This document shows positions 59,521 to 64,000 of a stretch of 64,000 nucleotides of DNA, piece after piece. The notes under the pieces were generated by a model. That model saw nothing but the letters and a program-made list of their open reading frames with translations, did no database searches and was not told the origin of the DNA. The position numbers and the translations under genes are program-made. How positions within the stretch are numbered: position 1 is the stretch's first letter; each line of letters starts with the position of its first letter. The DNA comes from Lama glama (lineage: Eukaryota), in assembly GCA_028534125.1 (NCBI GenBank), contig CM052832.1, positions 10,666,001 through 10,730,000 of the forward strand, read 5' to 3'.

Positions 59521-60619
59521 TAATGGTGACGATATGATTTATAGCTTTTTGCCTATAAAATGAGCCATAGTATCATTTATCTCCTAGATTTACTCTAAGG
59601 ACCAAGTAAGATAATAGTACAGGGTATGTGCTTATCCCCCTACTCATGTCTCGGGTCAGGGACAAGAGAAGTAAGAGTGTGTAGGTACCAGGACACACTG
59701 TCCCTCCACCCAGGAGGAAGAGGAGGGTGGCCAAAGGGACCTTGGCTGGGGGCCTAGCATGGCAGCGGACAGGACACTTCATCCCCATGTGCCAGCTTAT
59801 GCCTGTGGCTTCCTGCCCTGATGATGCCACTTTGCACGTGTGACCCAAGCTGTCTCTTTAATTATCACGTGGAGGAGGAGAAGCCACAAACAGGTTTACG
59901 ATATTCACGGTTTGCTGCGTCTGTGTTACATCCCATGTGCGTATAAACATCTTGTGGCATTGTCTGAGAAATTAAACATCGCTCCTTCCTGGGCTTGGAG
60001 AGGAGCGTCGGGTCCCCGAAGAGGGGTGAGGGTGACTCATCGCCCAGGTTGCTAAAGCGCTTCACTTGCAGCGATTAGAGCAAGTGCTCTGGAAGGAACA
60101 GGGAGTGGAGCCTGTGCGGCCGCAGCTCAGGGGTCTGGTTACTGGGAGGAGGTGACAAGACGTACCTTAAGCTGGCCACTTAGAAGAGGCCGGGAAGATG
60201 TAACCGAGGAGAACAGAGCAGGCACACCTCTGCAGCCCCGGGTGCCATAATTTATTATAAAGTGCATGCCGCATACCATCCCCAGGACTCAGTGGTCCCC
60301 TAGCGAGAGTCCCTCTGCCCTGCCCACCGCTGAATCAAATCACCTGTTGAAAGAACCTAACTTACCAACTCAGCTTTGCCATTCACTAGCTGGGGGACCT
60401 TGTGAAAGACACCCAATCTCTCTGGGTTTTTCTTTTCTTACGGGACCACAGACAGTGGAGATAACCTTGTTTAAGGCAGGCAGCTGAATCACACCGTCTG
60501 TTGTAAACTCTTCCCAGCCAGCCATGGGGGAGATCCCTTCGGCTTAGGAAATAAGCCAAAAGAAAGACATCATGAGAACAGAAGGGAACACTTTTGATGA
60601 GAAAACCCACCAGCAGGAT

Positions 60620-60803
60620 GAATGCTTTTCACCCCACTGATATTTGGAATCACCTGAAGAGACTCTTAAAGAAGACTGAAAATACTGGTGCCAGGTGCCA
60701 TTCCCAGAATTTCTGATGTAATTGATCTGCCGAAAGCCCAGGCTTTGGAATTTTGTAAAAGCTTCACATAAGGCTGACGTGCAGCCAGGGCTGAGAACCA
60801 CTG
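60620..60803. mobile_element. MER5B-like hAT-Charlie MITE
   Basis: ttggaatcacctg..ttctgatgtaattgatctg..gtgcagccagggctgagaaccactg, followed by acctagat (NNCTAGAN-like target). Confidence 0.75.
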
Positions 60804-62964
60804 ACCTAGATAACCCATTCCCCGAAGATCACAAGTTGAAGGTGATTTTAATTAATGAAGAAGATGAAAAGAAATTCTGGGGGAACCAGATGTCTAGGCA
60901 TTTTTGCGTCTGGACCTGAAATGTTTCTCAGGGTCCAGCCCAAGTCGGCTGGAAACATGATGCTGCCTCTGACTCTGCTTCCTACTGAGTACAGGCTGAG
61001 GCTAGGGTGGAATATGTCCATCAGGCCACCAATGACTCCTGAGGCCTGGGCTGAATCCTGCTGTCAGGAGAGCCCCAGTGTGATGGGAAAACAGCCCCAT
61101 AAAGCATGACGAGGGGTGATGTGATCTGTCCTCGAGTGGGTTGTGCACTGGGAACTAGGGAAAAGGTAAGGGGAGAGATGGATTCTGTCTGGAAAGGTAG
61201 AGGAGGGCTTCCAGAGGCAGGAGACTTGAGCTGGGACTTTGAAGGATGTATACAAATTTGCCAGATGGAAAGCAGGGGAGTTAGTAACATTCCTGGATGG
61301 GGAAATGGAAACAGTAAGTACTTCAGTGTGTGTGGCCCAAGGGCTGCTCCTGCTAACCCAGCACCCTGGGGGCTCCCTGTGGGCCCAGCTCTTTAGCAGG
61401 CTTTGCCAGTGTAGATGGGAGGTGGTGCCTGCAAGAGAGGACGGGCCCACCCCAAATACTTACAGTGAGTCTGGGAGACACAAAATTCAAAGGGAATTTC
61501 AAGATGGTTTCATATAAAAATGAGTTCCGAATGGGGGCTTCTGGTAGGTCTGTGTTAGAAGGAAGGCTGCTTGGAGGAGGTGAGTCTGGAGAAAGGTACA
61601 ACAGCCAGGAGGCAGGTGATGTCTCAGGGGACTAGGGTAGATATGGGCAGAGGAAAGGCCTGCTTATCTGAGGCTCCAGCCCCTGCATGACTTGGGATGT
61701 GGGCAGGCCAGGAGGGGCCCCATGTGATCGAGGTCCAGGGAGGTGGCCTGGGTGGAACAGCACCAGGTCAGGCTCGGGCAGGGCAGTAAGTGGCCCCAGA
61801 AGCCACATTGGGCCGATTAGACCCATTCCCAACCTTTAGGGCTGAAGAAAACATTTTAATGTTTAATCACACTTGTGTTATAGCCATCTTTATACCAATT
61901 CAATCATAAAATGTAATTTTTCATATCTTTTTGTAGCGAAGGAGCCCAGGAAGGCCACAGTGCTGCCCTGGGGCAGCCTGCTTGGCTGGAATTCTGCATC
62001 CATAGTTCTTCAGAGCTCTACCTTTGATTAGGTAGTTTTGAGGCAAATCACCAATCCTCTTTGGACCTCTGTTTTCCCTTCTGTAGCCCATCCCATAGGC
62101 AGCAGCCTCTCCAGGGGTGGGGGTGCCATCAACCTGGGATCCACAGGGAATGGTGTCCCTAGAAGGTGCAACAGGGCAGAAGGGGCCATGAGAGGGAGGA
62201 CAGAAAAAGAGACGTGAAGCCACTTTTTTAAAAAGCAGCTCTGAGGAGGCCTTAGTCTTAGCACTTGGGGATGGGATCAGGGACCCCTCGCTCAGTCTCA
62301 CTACCCCCATCCGTACACGTGCCATCAGATCTTCCCCTGAAACTGTTGCCAGTGCTGATAATACCCTTTGTTGGCACAACCTACAGACTCTCTGTGCGCC
62401 CTGTCTGTGCACACCCTTGCCCCACTGGCGACACTCCACCAGCCCCGGGGCCCGGGACCCCTCTCTGTCCATCCCCTCCCTGAGCCCCCTGCACACAGCT
62501 CAGCTTCATGCAGGAGCATCCGCAGTACTGAGCAGAATCCCCAAGTCCACCCTCCTCCACTTTCCCTCTGGGGACCCCGCTGGGCTCACGACCTGGTCTC
62601 TGTTGCCTGCAATGCTCTTTCTGCCAACTCAGAGCAGAACAGTGACAGCAATCAGTCAAATGCAGTGTCAAGTTCTCAGAGCTGGTGCTGGGATCTCCAG
62701 CCCAGCCCAGATGCCGACTTCTGGCACACTCTGGGGGCTACACCGACCTCTGGCGGCTCCACCTCCGTGTATGGGGTGCACGTGGCTGTCCACTCATGCA
62801 ACTCCAGCCTCCAGCACCCGTGAGAGTGAGCGCAGCCGGGGCTGTCTCCACTACCCGCCATCCAGCCTCGGTGGTGGACGTGATGCGATACTCAGCTTCC
62901 TCAAAGACCCAGAAGAGCACAGGGTCTTCTCTCACCATCTTCTCTGCTTAAGGAGCATAAAGAA

Positions 62965-63375
62965 TGCAGAGTGGGCTGAATAGTGGCCCCTGAACGATAA
63001 GTCCACCCGGAACCTCAGAGTGTGACCTTATTTGGAATAAGGATCTTGGGATGGAATCATCCTGGACTAAAGTGGGCCCTAATCCGTGACGGGTGTCCTC
63101 ACAAGAGGCAGAAAGGCGTCATTTTCCCCAGGCCTCATAAGACACCAAAGAGGCCCAGAGAAGCCCTCCCCGTGAAGACGATGCAGAAGTCTGAGGGGTG
63201 CAGCCAAGGATTTTGAGGAGCCCCTAGAAGCTGCAAGAGACAGTGTAGGCTTCTTCCCAAGAGCCTTCAGAGGGTTTTCAGACTTCTGGCCTCCGGAACT
63301 CTGAGAGGGTACATTTCTGCTTTCAGCCCCCCAGTTTGTGGCAACGTGTTACAGCCGCCCCAGGAAACTGCTACA
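62965..63375 (+). mobile_element. MLT1B/C-like MaLR solo LTR
   Basis: gtgggctgaatagtggcccc..ggaacctcagagtgtgaccttatttggaataagg..cagacttctggcctccggaact..cccagtttgtgg..gttacagc..caggaaactgctaca. Confidence 0.85.
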
Positions 63376-63579
63376 GAATAATGACTCGATTTACCTACAC
63401 ATGCCCTGCTCTCCCTTTCCAGTCTCCCTCACTGCACCTAAGCCATCCCACTGGCCTGCCTGAAGCCCCCATGTCTAAATTACCAACAACCATAAGACCA
63501 CCTTGCATGTATTGAGTGCCTGCTGTGTGCCGGGGAGGATCTGGGGCTTTGCATCCCAGGAGCGAGAAAAGCCTATGTG

Positions 63580-63800
63580 AGAGGCAGTGCATGATAGTGA
63601 TCAAGGCCACGGTGGATCCAGGCAGCCCCTTTCTAGTCATATATCCCTGGGCAGGTGATGTAAACACTCGGTGCCTCAGTTTCTTCATCAGTAAAATGGG
63701 GGTGGTAACAGCAATGCCCACCTTCAGAGTGGTCAGGAGGAGTAAATGAATTAGCCCATATATCGCCCTTGGAACCACACCTGGGACTCAGCAAGTGTTG
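63580..63800 (+). mobile_element. MIR SINE
   Basis: gtgcctcagtttcttcatcagtaaaatggggg..gggagtaaatga. Confidence 0.75.
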
Positions 63801-64000
63801 GCCGCTGCGTGTCATTTCCCCATGGCTCAGGCGAGGAAATGGAGGCCCAGGTGGGTTATGTCGCTTTCCTGACACAGCTAGCAGATGGCCGTTTAATCTC
63901 AGGTTTTTCTGACTTTGAAGCAGAGGCACTTTCTAGTCTGACACACTGTCTCCTTTTCGGAGTTTCCTGGAGACTTGACATTTAAGCTGCTGTCACCTGA

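Noticed and set aside
60..63929. All six-frame ORFs as protein-coding genes (e.g. 15734-16342, 16497-17168, 30986-31600, 48423-49118, 61921-62496)
   Set aside because: Pro/Gly/Ser/Leu/Arg-rich translations typical of GC-rich non-coding DNA, overlapping on both strands, often non-ATG starts, often running into MIR/L2, with no recognisable domain
1..64000. Assignment to a specific locus (e.g. a gene desert next to a POU-class gene)
   Set aside because: Motif content is suggestive, but no exon or sequence is recognised well enough to name a locus; alignment is required
1..64000. CpG island, tRNA, snRNA, rRNA or processed pseudogene
   Set aside because: None seen by eye; only mild local CpG enrichment, and the tRNA-like boxes belong to MIRs

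Overview
Non-coding mammalian (eutherian) genomic DNA, intergenic or deep-intronic, fairly GC-rich, with two exact 500-N scaffold gaps. I find no protein-coding gene, rRNA, tRNA, CRISPR array or prokaryotic system, and none of the six-frame ORFs resembles a cellular protein. The only recognisable peptides are decayed CR1/L3 reverse-transcriptase remnants. Much of the window is ancient interspersed repeat: MIR, L2, L1ME, CR1/L3, ERVL LTR16/LTR33, MaLR MLT1 (including one copy with LTR-internal-LTR structure) and hAT/TcMar MITEs. One younger L1 3' end resembles cetartiodactyl L1. With no Alu, rodent, carnivore, ruminant, pig or whale SINEs visible, a camelid-like source is plausible (inference). 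The main signal not explained by repeats is a series of repeat-free, AT-rich islands of 150-400 bp dense in POU/SOX/homeodomain motifs. The strongest is a homotypic octamer cluster at 28.16-28.50 kb. These look like conserved enhancers of a developmental gene outside the window. Repeat family names come from recalled consensus sequences, not from a search, and boundaries are approximate.
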